Notes: generated from the sequence alone by a model not told the origin. Counted from the stretch's first letter, positions 18,314 to 28,536 are shown. The stretch is DNA of 64,000 bases from Minisyncoccota bacterium (GCA_041664605.1 JBAYKO010000003.1:6858-70857), one strand, 5' to 3'. Numbers and translations are program-made.

Positions 18314-20141
18314 AAAATACATGGAAAATAATATTACAAATAAAAAACTGGAAGCGGCGTTAAGATATACAGCAATGGGATGGGTTATTGTGCCAGCGAT
18401 AGGAAAACATCCTTGTGTGAAATGGAAAAAATTCCAGAAAGTTAAGCCAACCCAGGATCAAATAAAAGAATTCTGGACAAAGTTTCCTAATGCTAAAATA
18501 GCAGTCATTACCGGTCCACTGTCGAGTATTGTGGTATTCGATATTGACACGAAACATAATCGTAGGCCGGAAGAATTTGATTTACCTGCCACAGTATCGT
18601 CACGGACGACTAACGGTGGTTGGCATTACTTCTTCAAGCATCCAGGATATAAAGTTAGAAATAGTAATGGGACACTGTTTGGGCCAGGAATTGATATTAA
18701 GGGAGATTCCGGAATTGCCATATTACCTTCGTCAGATACTGGTCCAGACAAGGCGTATACATGGGCTGTAGAGTCTACTGGTGACAACATGGCACCGATG
18801 CCGAAATGGCTGGAAGATAGAATCTCGAGTGCCCAGAGTACTCCCACCCTGCCCGCTATGATTACTAGCAACGAGGTTGTACTTACTAATAAAATTGGAG
18901 AATCAAGCCTGAATGAAATACCGGAAGGGACTCGCAATGACAAGCTTACAAAGTTAACAGGCACACTATTAGCCAAGTTTAAGCCTAATGAGTGGAATTC
19001 TCTGGTGTGGCCTATTGTTACTTCTTTTAACACAGCCAACTGTAAACCACCATTGCCACTATCCGAAGTAAAAAGTATATTTGATTCTATTTCTGGATCC
19101 GAGATGTCAAAACCATCTATGGTTAATACTGGACCGATTGAAATTCTGACAGCAAAGGAACTCAAAGAACTACCATTCACGGATCCTAAATGGGTTGTTG
19201 ACGGCTTGTTCGAAGCCGGCACGGTAAATATGATTGGAGCCGCTTATAGTAACTTCAAAAGTATGATCAGTATGCATGTGGCGGATTGCTTGATTACCGG
19301 CAAACCTGTATTCAACAAGTTCGAAGTTGTTAAGCAGTCTGTATGGGTAATTAATGAGGAAGATCCTAAACGCCATGTACAGGAAAGAATGAATATCATA
19401 AATAGCGACTGGGGTGAGTTACCAATTTACTTCTCGATCAAAAAAGGATTAAAGCTGAGCGATGATATCGTCGGACAGATTATCGTACGAAGTAAAGCAC
19501 TCGGCATAGGTTTTGTAATTTTTGACTCGTTGAGGAGTGTGCATGACAAGGAGGAAAACGCTTCAGGGGAAATGCAGGCTGTAATGGATTGGCTCGGCAA
19601 GATCGCAGATGCAGGTATAACTGTCCTATTCACACACCATAATCGAAAGAGAAGCGGTTTTGGTAAGGCAAACGAGGGTGAAGAAGCACGAGGTAGTAGC
19701 GTTATAACCAATGCATCACATAGCTATATATCATCTAATGCAAAGAAAGAAAATGGCATGGACTATGCGATTATCATGCAACATAAACAAAAATCGGCGA
19801 AAAAATTAGATCCGTTTCGAATACGCATCAACCTACTACCTGACTGCGACAACGATGAACGCTTTATTTATGAGGGTGAAGAAATAAATAACAGCCTAGT
19901 TGTGTTAAAAGCAAAAATTATAGGAGCACTGGAATCATCCGAGAAATGGCTATTTATGAATGATTTCACAGCATTGAAGTTCGGTGGTAAAAAAACCATT
20001 AAAAAGGCCTTAGACGAATTAGTGTTGGAAGAAAGAATTGAATGTAAATTAGGTGAAGAAATTATTAGGGAGGAATTAGATGCATCAATTGCTGTGCCTC
20101 GCCCCAATGCCAAATTTTATTTTTTGGCCAATGAGGAATAG
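18294..20141 (+). CDS. bifunctional primase/polymerase + PriCT + AAA_25 (RepA-like) helicase; true start probably 18321
   Basis: IAVITG..VVFDID..T..GGWHYFF..GIDIKG (prim-pol); EGTRND..CKPPLPLSEV (PriCT); WVVDGL, INEED, IFDSL, HHNRK, RGSS (AAA_25). Confidence 0.9.
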   Translation: MVAFVSRKYMENNITNKKLEAALRYTAMGWVIVPAIGKHPCVKWKKFQKVKPTQDQIKEFWTKFPNAKIAVITGPLSSIVVFDIDTKHNRRPEEFDLPATVSSRTTNGGWHYFFKHPGYKVRNSNGTLFGPGIDIKGDSGIAILPSSDTGPDKAYTWAVESTGDNMAPMPKWLEDRISSAQSTPTLPAMITSNEVVLTNKIGESSLNEIPEGTRNDKLTKLTGTLLAKFKPNEWNSLVWPIVTSFNTANCKPPLPLSEVKSIFDSISGSEMSKPSMVNTGPIEILTAKELKELPFTDPKWVVDGLFEAGTVNMIGAAYSNFKSMISMHVADCLITGKPVFNKFEVVKQSVWVINEEDPKRHVQERMNIINSDWGELPIYFSIKKGLKLSDDIVGQIIVRSKALGIGFVIFDSLRSVHDKEENASGEMQAVMDWLGKIADAGITVLFTHHNRKRSGFGKANEGEEARGSSVITNASHSYISSNAKKENGMDYAIIMQHKQKSAKKLDPFRIRINLLPDCDNDERFIYEGEEINNSLVVLKAKIIGALESSEKWLFMNDFTALKFGGKKTIKKALDELVLEERIECKLGEEIIREELDASIAVPRPNAKFYFLANEE

Positions 20142-20172
20142 GAGAGTAAAAAAACAACATCTTCTGCTTACA

Positions 20173-20242
20173 TGCTTGGTATTCTCTATAATAGAATACC
20201 AAGCACTAAGCAAAATGCGAGAAGATAGCTTGCTTGGTATTC
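20173..20242. repeat. three TGCTTGGTATTC 12-mers (two direct, one inverted), candidate element origin
   Basis: Copies at 20173-20184, 20194-20205 (inverted) and 20231-20242. Confidence 0.7.
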
Positions 20243-20258
20243 CTGTGTTTGACTAGGC

Positions 20259-21902
20259 ATGCAAAGCAATGTATTAACAGTAGTAAAAATTAAATTAAGT
20301 TGTATTATGAAAAATATGAAGACTGGAATTATATATACAAGAGTAAGTTCAGACGAACAGATCAAAGGTACCTCCCTCGGTGAACAGGAGGAATTTTGTC
20401 GTAAATATTGTGCCGAAAAGGATATAACCATAGTGCGTGAGGTATTCCGTGAAGAAGGAGCTTCTGCCAAGAGTACCGATCGGGCAGTGTTTTTGAGTGC
20501 TATTGAATACTGTCGAAAAAACAAGGTAGACTTTTTTGTCGTTTGGAAGTGTGATCGCTTTGCCAGAAATTCAACCGACCATTACGCAGTCAAAAGCACC
20601 TTATTAAAATACGGCACCCGGCTTGACTCTGTAACAGAGCAGATCGGAGACGATCCAACTGGTAAACTAATGGAGGGTATGATGGCTATTATTGGCGAAT
20701 TTGATAACGATATACGAAAACAGCGTTGCAGTGGCGGAATGCTTGGCAGACTGAAACAAGGAATATGGCCATGGAAACCACCTATTGGTTATATCTGTGA
20801 AAATAACAAAAAGCAGGACAGGAAGAAAGAACAGCCGGACCCGATTAACCCGGTTATATTTCCTATCATTCAGCGTGGCTTAAAAGAATTCGTGGCTGGA
20901 CAATACACCATGACGCAATTAGCAGAAGCATATAATCGCTATGGGCTTGTTGCTCCAAATGGTAAAAAAATAAACGCAAAATTAGTAGACAGATTGTTTA
21001 CACATCATCTGGCCTATTATGCTGGTATATTGAATAATCCATTTTTCCCCAAGAACGGCGAAGCTTCATATGAGGGTAAGCATACTCCCATGATCACCAA
21101 GGAAGAATACAGGGCGATCTTAATGATCCGAGCAGGTAAAAGGGTGCAGACAATGAAACGGAGTCGCCACAACCCAATATTTCCCCTCAAAGGTAGCGTA
21201 TTTTGCTCTAAATGCGACAAGAGGCTAACTGGAAGCTGTTCCCGTGGGAATGGCGGGGTTTATGCCTTCTACCACTGCTATAACGTCTCATGTGACCTCC
21301 GTGGCAAGACAGTCCAAAAGAAAATCATTGAAGACGCCTTTATTAAATTTCTGGAGTCTGTTACTCCTAATGAAAAGTTTTTAAAACTGTTCGAGGAGAT
21401 AGTCATACAGCACTGGACCAACAAAGGCCATGTATTCGAAGTACAGACTAATAAATATGCAAAAGAGATAGCCGAATTGAATCAAAAGAAAAAGAGGATC
21501 TATGAAATGAGAGAGGACGGCGAATACACCAAGGAACAATGCACAGATAGATTGAACGAAATAGAAGACAAAATAGTCGCATTGGATATTTCTTTAAACG
21601 AGGCAAAAATAGAGCAGTTTGATGTTGAAGCTACAGTGAAATATGCAGTAAGGACCATTACTGATTTACCAAAACTTTGGTTTGATCTTGCACCGGAATT
21701 ACGCCCACGGTTCCAAAAGATGGTATTTCCCGAGGGAGTTCTCTATTCCAAAGAAGAAAGTTTTCGAACCAACAAATTGGCTTATATCTACGAGCTAAAA
21801 AAGAAAAAAGGAGCTCAAAGAACTCCTTTTTTCAACATAGTGGACCCTAGCGGATTCGAACCGCTGACCTCCTCATTGCAAATGAGGCGCTCTACCAGCT
21901 AA
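20259..21902 (+). CDS. large serine recombinase (integrase); true start probably 20307
   Basis: YTRVSSDEQ, DRFARN, recombinase domain, zinc ribbon CSKC..YHC..C, coiled coil; 3' end reads antisense through tRNA-Ala. Confidence 0.95.
   Translation: MQSNVLTVVKIKLSCIMKNMKTGIIYTRVSSDEQIKGTSLGEQEEFCRKYCAEKDITIVREVFREEGASAKSTDRAVFLSAIEYCRKNKVDFFVVWKCDRFARNSTDHYAVKSTLLKYGTRLDSVTEQIGDDPTGKLMEGMMAIIGEFDNDIRKQRCSGGMLGRLKQGIWPWKPPIGYICENNKKQDRKKEQPDPINPVIFPIIQRGLKEFVAGQYTMTQLAEAYNRYGLVAPNGKKINAKLVDRLFTHHLAYYAGILNNPFFPKNGEASYEGKHTPMITKEEYRAILMIRAGKRVQTMKRSRHNPIFPLKGSVFCSKCDKRLTGSCSRGNGGVYAFYHCYNVSCDLRGKTVQKKIIEDAFIKFLESVTPNEKFLKLFEEIVIQHWTNKGHVFEVQTNKYAKEIAELNQKKKRIYEMREDGEYTKEQCTDRLNEIEDKIVALDISLNEAKIEQFDVEATVKYAVRTITDLPKLWFDLAPELRPRFQKMVFPEGVLYSKEESFRTNKLAYIYELKKKKGAQRTPFFNIVDPSGFEPLTSSLQMRRSTS
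21803..21833 (-). terminator. element-supplied terminator for tRNA-Ala, embedded in the recombinase CDS
   Basis: gaaaaaaggag-ctcaaagaa-ctccttttttc, 7 nt beyond the tRNA 3' end. Confidence 0.6.
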
Positions 21903-21913
21903 GCTAAGGGCCC
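21841..21913 (-). tRNA. tRNA-Ala(TGC), CCA not encoded
   Basis: GGGCCCTTAGCTTAGCTGGTAGAGCGCCTCATTTGCAATGAGGAGGTCAGCGGTTCGAATCCGCTAGGGTCCA folds as a cloverleaf; G3-U70 pair. Confidence 0.96.
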
Positions 21914-22087
21914 ATTATATTATATTTTTACAAAATTGGGCTTTACTCCTGTTGCTTCCACGAAGCGCTACAACTAAGCTACAGACCCAGGAATAAGTTA
22001 AAAGTTTATAAAGTTCATAAAGTTATAAAGAAAATCCAAAATTCATAGACTTTTTATCTTATAAGCTTTACAGCTTTATATTTTAAC

Positions 22088-23080
22088 TTATTTTTTCTTT
22101 AAAGCAAGTGTAATGATGTGGTCTAAAAAATGAGACATATTACTACCCACAGATTCAAGTGCTTTTCTAAAAACTGAATGTTTGTGTAAATGTGGCAAAC
22201 TATCAACTTCAAGCACATATACCCCCTTCGGAGAAATCAAAAAATCTACACTTGAATAATGCTCTAGCCCTAATTCTTTGTGAATCTTTTTCGCAGAATC
22301 TTCTAGAAATTCTTTTTTATCTTTCTCGTGATATCCAAGATTTAATAAATCATAATTTCCCTCCGATCTTGAACCATAATCAAAAATTTTATTAACCTTT
22401 TTTATTTCATTAGGCAAAAGAGTATATTGATTTTCTCCTCTATAATTATCTATCACTCCAACCACAACTTCCCTGCCATTGATAAATTCTTCAATCAAAA
22501 TATCGCCTGGCGTCTGAGCTACTTTAAGTAAGGCAATATATAAATCGTAAAAATTATCTGCGTAATAAGTATCATAAGAAGCTCCACCTTGGGCCGGTTT
22601 TATTATCCATGGAGGTGGGATTTTTCTAAACACATTTTCTGCTATATCTTTAAAATAGCCCTCTTTCAAATCTTCATCGTCTTTTTTTCTGAAATCTTCA
22701 ATGACCTCATGCAATGGAGTTTTAAAACCTAAAGATTTAAAAACTTTTTTAGAAAGAATTTTATTAGAAGTAATATTAGAAGAAAGAGTGTTTGAACCAG
22801 TGTAAGGAATCTCAAGTTCATTAATTAAATTTAAAATTTCCCCATTTTCACCATAACCACCATGAAGAGCGTTAAAAATAACATCAACAGATTCTTTAAT
22901 TTCTTCAGGAGAAGTATCCATCCCGTCTATGTGCCAAACACCATTTTTTGTAATAAGTAAATCAACAGGATGATATTTATCATCTGGTAAATTTATCAAA
23001 ACATCAGCTCCGGTTTTAATAGAAGCCTCGAATTCCGGACTCTGTCCTCCACGCAAAACTCCAACTCTAATTTTATCCAT
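22088..23080 (-). CDS. ddl: D-alanine--D-alanine ligase
   Basis: GGQSPEFEAS, FNALHGGYGENG, IIKPAQGGAS, LEVDSLP ATP-grasp motifs. Confidence 0.9.
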   Translation of the reverse strand: MDKIRVGVLRGGQSPEFEASIKTGADVLINLPDDKYHPVDLLITKNGVWHIDGMDTSPEEIKESVDVIFNALHGGYGENGEILNLINELEIPYTGSNTLSSNITSNKILSKKVFKSLGFKTPLHEVIEDFRKKDDEDLKEGYFKDIAENVFRKIPPPWIIKPAQGGASYDTYYADNFYDLYIALLKVAQTPGDILIEEFINGREVVVGVIDNYRGENQYTLLPNEIKKVNKIFDYGSRSEGNYDLLNLGYHEKDKKEFLEDSAKKIHKELGLEHYSSVDFLISPKGVYVLEVDSLPHLHKHSVFRKALESVGSNMSHFLDHIITLALKKK

Positions 23081-23107
23081 ATACTTCTATTGTATCGCAA
23101 GAAAAAA

Positions 23108-24442
23108 TTAAAATAAAGATTTTCTTCGTAAATTTCGGTGGTACGATATAGCGAAACGATGAGATTCACTGTTCACTAAAAGAATTTCTCTTTCTCTTTT
23201 AAAAACAAGACTCTTTTTGTCTAAAACTTCACTTCGTGAAGTTCGGCCGATCAATCCGCCTTTGGTGGATTGATTTAGGCCTAAAATATCTTTAGGTCTG
23301 TGACGTTCATCTTTAACCACAGAAACAACATCAATATCAAAACCTCTTTCTTTTAAAACTCTTTCAACTGCATTTTTTTGGGCTATTCCACCATCAACAA
23401 CAATCAAATTTGGGAGTGTCCATTCAAAATGCCCCAACCTCCTTAAAATGATTTCTTTAAGGCTTCCAGTATCATCCGGTCCCTTTATAGTTCTTATTTT
23501 AAATTTTCTATATTCATTTTTATCTACTTCTCCATTTAGAACCACTGTCATAACCCCTACCATATTATTCCCGCCCATATGAGCAATATCATATCCTTCA
23601 ATTCTAAAATTATTTTCTGTCTCTTCTTTTAAATTCTCCTCTTTTAAAAGCGATATATCTTGAATATGTTTTAAAGCAAAAATTTTTCTTTTTAATTCTC
23701 CAGCTTTTTCAAACTTTTGTAACTTAGCCAAAGATTTCATTTCTTTTTCAAGATTTTTCAAGATTTGTATTTTTTTGCCTTCAAAAAATAATTTAATATT
23801 TCGTATAGTCTTTTTATATTCTATTTTTATCTGACTACTTTTCATATCAGGAGTAAGACCTAGCTGTCTATAAAATTCATAATTATTTTTTGAATTAGAA
23901 TTTTTATCTATAAACGGAAAAATTCTACGAATAATTTTTAAAGCTTCTCGTAAAGAAGTTCCTGAAGTATATGACCCGTAGACAGATTGATATATTGAAT
24001 TTTTAAGGTCAGACCTTTTTAAATTCCCAAGGTCCGACCTTTTCCCGTCAATCAATTCCCTTCCGCGAATAACTAAAATTCTAGGGAAACCTGCTCCGCC
24101 AAGGCGGGGTGAATCTTTTGTTATACAGACATAATTAAAACTTTTATCGTCTTTTTCTTTGGTATTATATTTTGGCTTATATTTTTTTATTAAATTAGCT
24201 TCTAAAATTAAAGCCTCAAGTACTGAATCGGTTGTTTGCCATTTAATATCTTTTGACTTAAAAACCATGTCTAAAATAGTTGGACCCCTTGTTTCAATTA
24301 AGTCACTTGAAAAATAACTTTTTACACGATCCTTCAGAGATGTGGCTTTGCCAATGTATAGAATTTCCTTTTTTGATCCAAGGAAAAAATACACTCCGGG
24401 AGTGTCGGGAATCTTATGATTTTTTAAATCTTGACTAATCAT
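23108..24442 (-). CDS. uvrC: excinuclease ABC subunit C (short form, no HhH)
   Basis: GIY-YIG (PGVYFF..LYIGKA), UVR domain, RIEGYDIAH, VDGG, ESHRFAI. Confidence 0.92.
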   Translation of the reverse strand: MISQDLKNHKIPDTPGVYFFLGSKKEILYIGKATSLKDRVKSYFSSDLIETRGPTILDMVFKSKDIKWQTTDSVLEALILEANLIKKYKPKYNTKEKDDKSFNYVCITKDSPRLGGAGFPRILVIRGRELIDGKRSDLGNLKRSDLKNSIYQSVYGSYTSGTSLREALKIIRRIFPFIDKNSNSKNNYEFYRQLGLTPDMKSSQIKIEYKKTIRNIKLFFEGKKIQILKNLEKEMKSLAKLQKFEKAGELKRKIFALKHIQDISLLKEENLKEETENNFRIEGYDIAHMGGNNMVGVMTVVLNGEVDKNEYRKFKIRTIKGPDDTGSLKEIILRRLGHFEWTLPNLIVVDGGIAQKNAVERVLKERGFDIDVVSVVKDERHRPKDILGLNQSTKGGLIGRTSRSEVLDKKSLVFKREREILLVNSESHRFAISYHRNLRRKSLF

Positions 24443-24472
24443 GGCTATGATTATATGATAAAAGCAGAAAAT
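24431..24472 (+). promoter_or_regulatory. ORFan-cassette promoter 1
   Basis: TTGACT-17-TATGAT-5-CAGAAA. Confidence 0.6.
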
Positions 24473-24488
24473 TTCAAATTAGTTTTTT

Positions 24489-24635
24489 ATGGAAAGTAAA
24501 AAGTATCGTATAACTTTTAGAGAATTTTTCGGGATTAAAAAACCAACAGATCCAGGCCTTATAGCTGGAGTAATATATACTTTTTTAGTTGTTCTGTTCT
24601 TTACTGCCTTGATAATTTATGCCCACAGTTTTTAA
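24489..24635 (+). CDS. 48 aa single-TM ORFan (not in ORF track)
   Basis: MESKKYRITFREFFGIKKPTDPGLIAGVIYTFLVVLFFTALIIYAHSF*, directly after the promoter. Confidence 0.55.
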   Translation: MESKKYRITFREFFGIKKPTDPGLIAGVIYTFLVVLFFTALIIYAHSF

Positions 24636-24646
24636 AAAATCCAATT

Positions 24647-24883
24647 ATGGATACTATACAAAATTCCTTAAATGAATTTTCAGAAGAAGAACTTAAGGAT
24701 ATGGATTATCTAATATGGGCAATAAATTCTTTTTGCAACAGAGAAGAGGGTGAGATAAATCATTTAGCCTTTGCTCTTCTGCAATCAGACATGTTGGCAA
24801 CGGTAGGAATAACTGAAAAAGTAAGAGTCTTTTCTTCTAGGGTTCATAAAAAATTAAAAAAATTTAGTTCTCTTGCACAATAA
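24647..24883 (+). CDS. 78 aa ORFan
   Basis: ORF followed immediately by terminator aaaatccgcc-tcacta-ggcggatttt (24882-24908). Confidence 0.6.
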   Translation: MDTIQNSLNEFSEEELKDMDYLIWAINSFCNREEGEINHLAFALLQSDMLATVGITEKVRVFSSRVHKKLKKFSSLAQ

Positions 24884-24906
24884 AATCCGCCTCACTAGGC
24901 GGATTT

Positions 24907-27603
24907 TTACTTTCTTAACACCTTCTTCAAGTATCTCCCAGTATAACTTTTGTCATTATTTGCAATTTCCTCTGGACTTCCTTTGGCTATTATTTTACCA
25001 CCACCTGTTCCACCTTCTGGTCCAAAGTCTAAAATGTAATCGGCATTTTTTATAATATCCATATTGTGTTCAATTAGCACAACCGTATTCCCTCTTCCAA
25101 CTAAACGCTCTAAAACATCAATTAAATTTTTCACATCATCATAATGAAGACCAATAGTTGGCTCATCTAAAAGATAAATTGTTTTTTCTAAAAACGGACG
25201 GTAAAGTTCTGAAGAAATTTTTACCCTTTGAGCCTCACCCCCAGAAAGTGTCGTTGCAGATTGTCCCAGTTTTACATAAGAAAGCCCAACATCCATTAAG
25301 GTTTTTAATCTATCATAAATTGCCGGAATATCTTCGAAAAATTTTATTGCTTCTTCAACAGTCATTTCTAGTATCTCAAAAATATTTTTTTTCTTATATC
25401 TAATTTTTAAAGTTTCTTTATCAAATCTTTTTCCACTACAAATATCACAAGTGACATAAACTGTCGGTAAGAAATGCATCTCAACAGCAATTTCTCCGTT
25501 TCCTTCACAAGCTTCACATCTGCCACCTTTAACATTAAAAGAAAACCTATTAGCTTTCCAGCCACGAAGACGCGCTTCTTCTGTTGTTGCAAAAAGATCA
25601 CGAATGAAAGTAAATGTCCCAGTATAAGTAGCGATATTTGATCTTGGGGTCCTGCCGATTGGTGATTGATCAATTAAAATAACACGAGAAATATATTCCA
25701 TTCCAGAAATTGAAGCACAGTTGAAAAAATTTTTATCTTTTAATCTTCGGTCAAGTTTGTTTTGTAAATTTTTATGTAAAATTTCATACATAAAAGAAGA
25801 TTTTCCAGAACCAGAAACGCCAGTAATAGCTACCATTTTCCCAAGTGGAATTTCAGCATTTAAATTATCAATATTAAATATTTTTCCTCCAACAATTTTT
25901 ATTGACCCTTTTTCAGCAGTTCTTCTCTTTTCTGGAATTTCAATTTTTTCTTCGCCTCGTAAATAAGCTAAAGTTCTTGAACCTGAATCATTTTTTTTGG
26001 CAGTTAAAAGTTTATCTAAATAATCAGCCACCACAACTTCCCCACCGTGAACTCCGGCTTTTGGACCAAGATCAACAATATAATCTGAAGAATAAATAGT
26101 ATCTTCATCGTGTTCGACTACAATGATTGTATTTCCTAAGTCGCGAAGATCTTCTAGAGTTTTAATTAATCTTTCATTATCTCTTTGATGAAGCCCAATT
26201 GTCGGCTCGTCTAGAATATATAAAGTTCCAACAAGTCTAGAGCCAAGTTGTGACGCAAGACGAATACGCTGAGCTTCTCCACCAGACAAGGTGTTTGCCC
26301 TTCTATTTAAAGACAAGTAATCAAGCCCAACATTTAACATAAATTGTAAACGGTTTTCAATTTCTTTTATAACCACATCCGAGATACTTTTTTCTTTTGG
26401 AGTAAGTTTTAAATTCTTAAAAAATTCTGCACATTCTTCTATAGAAAGTGCTGTAAGTTCTACAATATTTTTTTGCAATTTTTTATCAGGACCACCAACA
26501 AAAACACTCAAGGCTTCTTTTCTTAAACGCTTTCCGCCACACTCTTCACAAGGCTCATCTCCAAAAAAATCCTTTGTCCCAAGTCCATTACATTCCGGAC
26601 ACGCCCCATAAGGAGAATTAAATGAAAATAATCTAGGTTCTATCTCAGGATATGAAAATCCATCTTTAGGACAAGCAAATCGAGCAGAGAGCAAGACTTC
26701 TTCCTGCTCTTTGCGAAGTCCCGTACTAAGCTTTGCTTTAATACCGAGATTTGCCGGATTATTAGAAAAAGTTCCATCTCCAAAAATAATTTTTACTAAT
26801 CCGTCTGACTCTATTAAAGAAAGTTCTACTGCTTCAGATAATCTCATTTTTGCAGTATCAATATTATCTTTGAATTCATGTACAGCAAATTCATCCACTA
26901 AAACATCAATATCGTGTTTTTTGGTTTTTGATAAAACTACTTGTTCACGTAGGTTTTTCATCACACCGTCTAGTCTAATTCTAGAAAAACCTTTATTCAA
27001 AAAATCATAAAGCATTTGATAATATTCTCCTTTTCTCCCTCTTACAACTGGAGAAAAAATTTGAATTTTAAAATCATTCCATTCAACACCCATTAATTTT
27101 TTCTTACCCGCAGAACCTTTGCTGTATTCACCAACTTTTTCCATAATAAAATTTAAAATTTCTTCATTGGAAAGTTTTTTTATTTCATCGCCACAAATAA
27201 GACAATGTGGTTTACCAACACGAGCATAAAGCACACGAAGGTAGTCATAAATTTCCGTAATGGTTGCTACCGTCGAACGCGGATTATTTGAACGAGATTT
27301 TTGATCAATAGAAATTGCAGGTGAAAGCCCAGATATTTCATCAATATCTGGTTTTGGCATTTTATTTAAAAACTGCCTTGCGTAGGCTGAAAGTGACTCC
27401 ACATAGCGTCTTTGACCCTCAGCGAAGATAGTATCAAAAGCAAGAGATGATTTTCCAGAGCCAGAAAGACCAGTAAAAGCTATCATCTTGTTTCTTGGCA
27501 TCTCAACTGATATGTTTTTTAAGTTGTGAGTTCTAGCACCCTTAACTATCAATTTATCAGCTTCACCATTATTTAGTTTTTGTTTGTTTTCCTGATTCTT
27601 CAT
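24907..27603 (-). CDS. uvrA: excinuclease ABC subunit A
   Basis: [19 protein letters not shown], two LSGGEAQR signatures, Zn fingers. Confidence 0.98.
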   Translation of the reverse strand: MKNQENKQKLNNGEADKLIVKGARTHNLKNISVEMPRNKMIAFTGLSGSGKSSLAFDTIFAEGQRRYVESLSAYARQFLNKMPKPDIDEISGLSPAISIDQKSRSNNPRSTVATITEIYDYLRVLYARVGKPHCLICGDEIKKLSNEEILNFIMEKVGEYSKGSAGKKKLMGVEWNDFKIQIFSPVVRGRKGEYYQMLYDFLNKGFSRIRLDGVMKNLREQVVLSKTKKHDIDVLVDEFAVHEFKDNIDTAKMRLSEAVELSLIESDGLVKIIFGDGTFSNNPANLGIKAKLSTGLRKEQEEVLLSARFACPKDGFSYPEIEPRLFSFNSPYGACPECNGLGTKDFFGDEPCEECGGKRLRKEALSVFVGGPDKKLQKNIVELTALSIEECAEFFKNLKLTPKEKSISDVVIKEIENRLQFMLNVGLDYLSLNRRANTLSGGEAQRIRLASQLGSRLVGTLYILDEPTIGLHQRDNERLIKTLEDLRDLGNTIIVVEHDEDTIYSSDYIVDLGPKAGVHGGEVVVADYLDKLLTAKKNDSGSRTLAYLRGEEKIEIPEKRRTAEKGSIKIVGGKIFNIDNLNAEIPLGKMVAITGVSGSGKSSFMYEILHKNLQNKLDRRLKDKNFFNCASISGMEYISRVILIDQSPIGRTPRSNIATYTGTFTFIRDLFATTEEARLRGWKANRFSFNVKGGRCEACEGNGEIAVEMHFLPTVYVTCDICSGKRFDKETLKIRYKKKNIFEILEMTVEEAIKFFEDIPAIYDRLKTLMDVGLSYVKLGQSATTLSGGEAQRVKISSELYRPFLEKTIYLLDEPTIGLHYDDVKNLIDVLERLVGRGNTVVLIEHNMDIIKNADYILDFGPEGGTGGGKIIAKGSPEEIANNDKSYTGRYLKKVLRK

Positions 27604-27685
27604 AACACTAAAATTTACCCCAACAATCTCTTATAGGGGTACATACGATTATTTTATTGGTTCTATTATAGCACAAGAGTTACTG

Positions 27686-27726
27686 TTGACAAATTTTAAT
27701 AGTCTGATATACTTTAGCCAGAAAAT
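27686..27726 (+). promoter_or_regulatory. ORFan-cassette promoter 2
   Basis: TTGACA-16-(TGa)TATACT-5-CAGAAA. Confidence 0.7.
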
Positions 27727-27750
27727 ATAAGTTATTTAAATTTTGATCTT

Positions 27751-28122
27751 ATGATTACATTACAAGAAACTGCCTTTATGATTGACCTTATTAATAGGTC
27801 GTATCACAGAAGAATGTCGCATTTTTATTTTTTAATCAAGCTTATAATTATTTCTTTTTTTGTCTGTGCCTTTTTATATCCAGAAACATCAAGTCTTATA
27901 AACGCGCCGATAAATTCATGGATTTTTTTATCGTCTGGTGTGATATGTGCCTTGTCTTGTCTTTTAATGCTTAGCATATATGCAAGCAAAGAATATCAGC
28001 CGTGGAATATCAAAAAACAACAAATGGCCGCATTAGAAAAAACCTCTGAAAAACAAAAAGAAAATGGGTTTGAAGATCTAAAAAACTGTGAACCTCTTAA
28101 AGAATACTTTAAAATGTCTTAA
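27751..28122 (+). CDS. two-TM ORFan, paralogue of 36160..36516
   Basis: MITLQETAFM..FYFL..EDLKNCEPLKEYF aligns end to end with the 36160 protein. Confidence 0.75.
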   Translation: MITLQETAFMIDLINRSYHRRMSHFYFLIKLIIISFFVCAFLYPETSSLINAPINSWIFLSSGVICALSCLLMLSIYASKEYQPWNIKKQQMAALEKTSEKQKENGFEDLKNCEPLKEYFKMS

Positions 28123-28142
28123 CCTTGATACCCTGAGCTACA

Positions 28143-28237
28143 CACAAAAAACCATTCCGACCTAAGTCGGAGTGGTTTTTATTTTTATCCAAAACTTGAC
28201 AAATTTGTTTAATTTTGATACAATATTAACAGATAAT
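28143..28237 (+). promoter_or_regulatory. terminator (28143-28180) fused to ORFan-cassette promoter 3
   Basis: aaaaacc-attccgacctaagtcggagt-ggttttt, then TTGACA(28196)-17-TACAAT-5-CAGATA. Confidence 0.7.
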
Positions 28238-28253
28238 TTTAAAATATTTTAAG

Positions 28254-28484
28254 ATGAAAATGATTAGATATTTTATTGTTTTTACGATCGATGATCAACA
28301 AAATGATCCGTATCATGATAATACTGAGATTGCATTCCAGGAAATTAAAAACATCAAAGATGTTAGAAACCTGGAAAAGGTTATTCTTGATAAGGCCATG
28401 GAAAAGGAAATTGATATCCACTATCAAATAAGGAAAGGAGATATCATAACGGTCCTTAGTTATAAAGACATGGATAACGAGTAA
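28254..28484 (+). CDS. 76 aa acidic ORFan
   Basis: Between promoter 3 and terminator 28495-28526. Confidence 0.65.
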   Translation: MKMIRYFIVFTIDDQQNDPYHDNTEIAFQEIKNIKDVRNLEKVILDKAMEKEIDIHYQIRKGDIITVLSYKDMDNE

Positions 28485-28536
28485 AGTAATGCGTCACAAA
28501 AAAACCGCCGAATTCTGGCGGTTTTTATTTTTATCC

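Larger units (their letters stand above)
6025..21846. mobile_element. ~15.8 kb serine-recombinase integrative element (satellite/IME-like defence island) inserted in the tRNA-Ala 3' end
   Basis: GTGGACC core at 6025-6031 and 21840-21846 (14/17 nt match when extended); recombinase, prim-pol/helicase and defence cargo inside; parts visibly more GC-rich than the flanks. Confidence 0.85.

Noticed and set aside
18626-19222. 198-aa antisense ORF, and similar antisense ORFs over the REase, mreB, rpoC, uvrA and the sortases
   Set aside because: Shadow frames opposite well-supported genes.
21998-22082. ATAAAGTT-type short tandem repeats (also 38700-38740, and CTAGTT/CTAGAA runs at 4388-4441 and 38766-38824)
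   Set aside because: Low-complexity AT-rich intergenic repeats forming loose inverted pairs; no spacers or defined ends to support a specific function.
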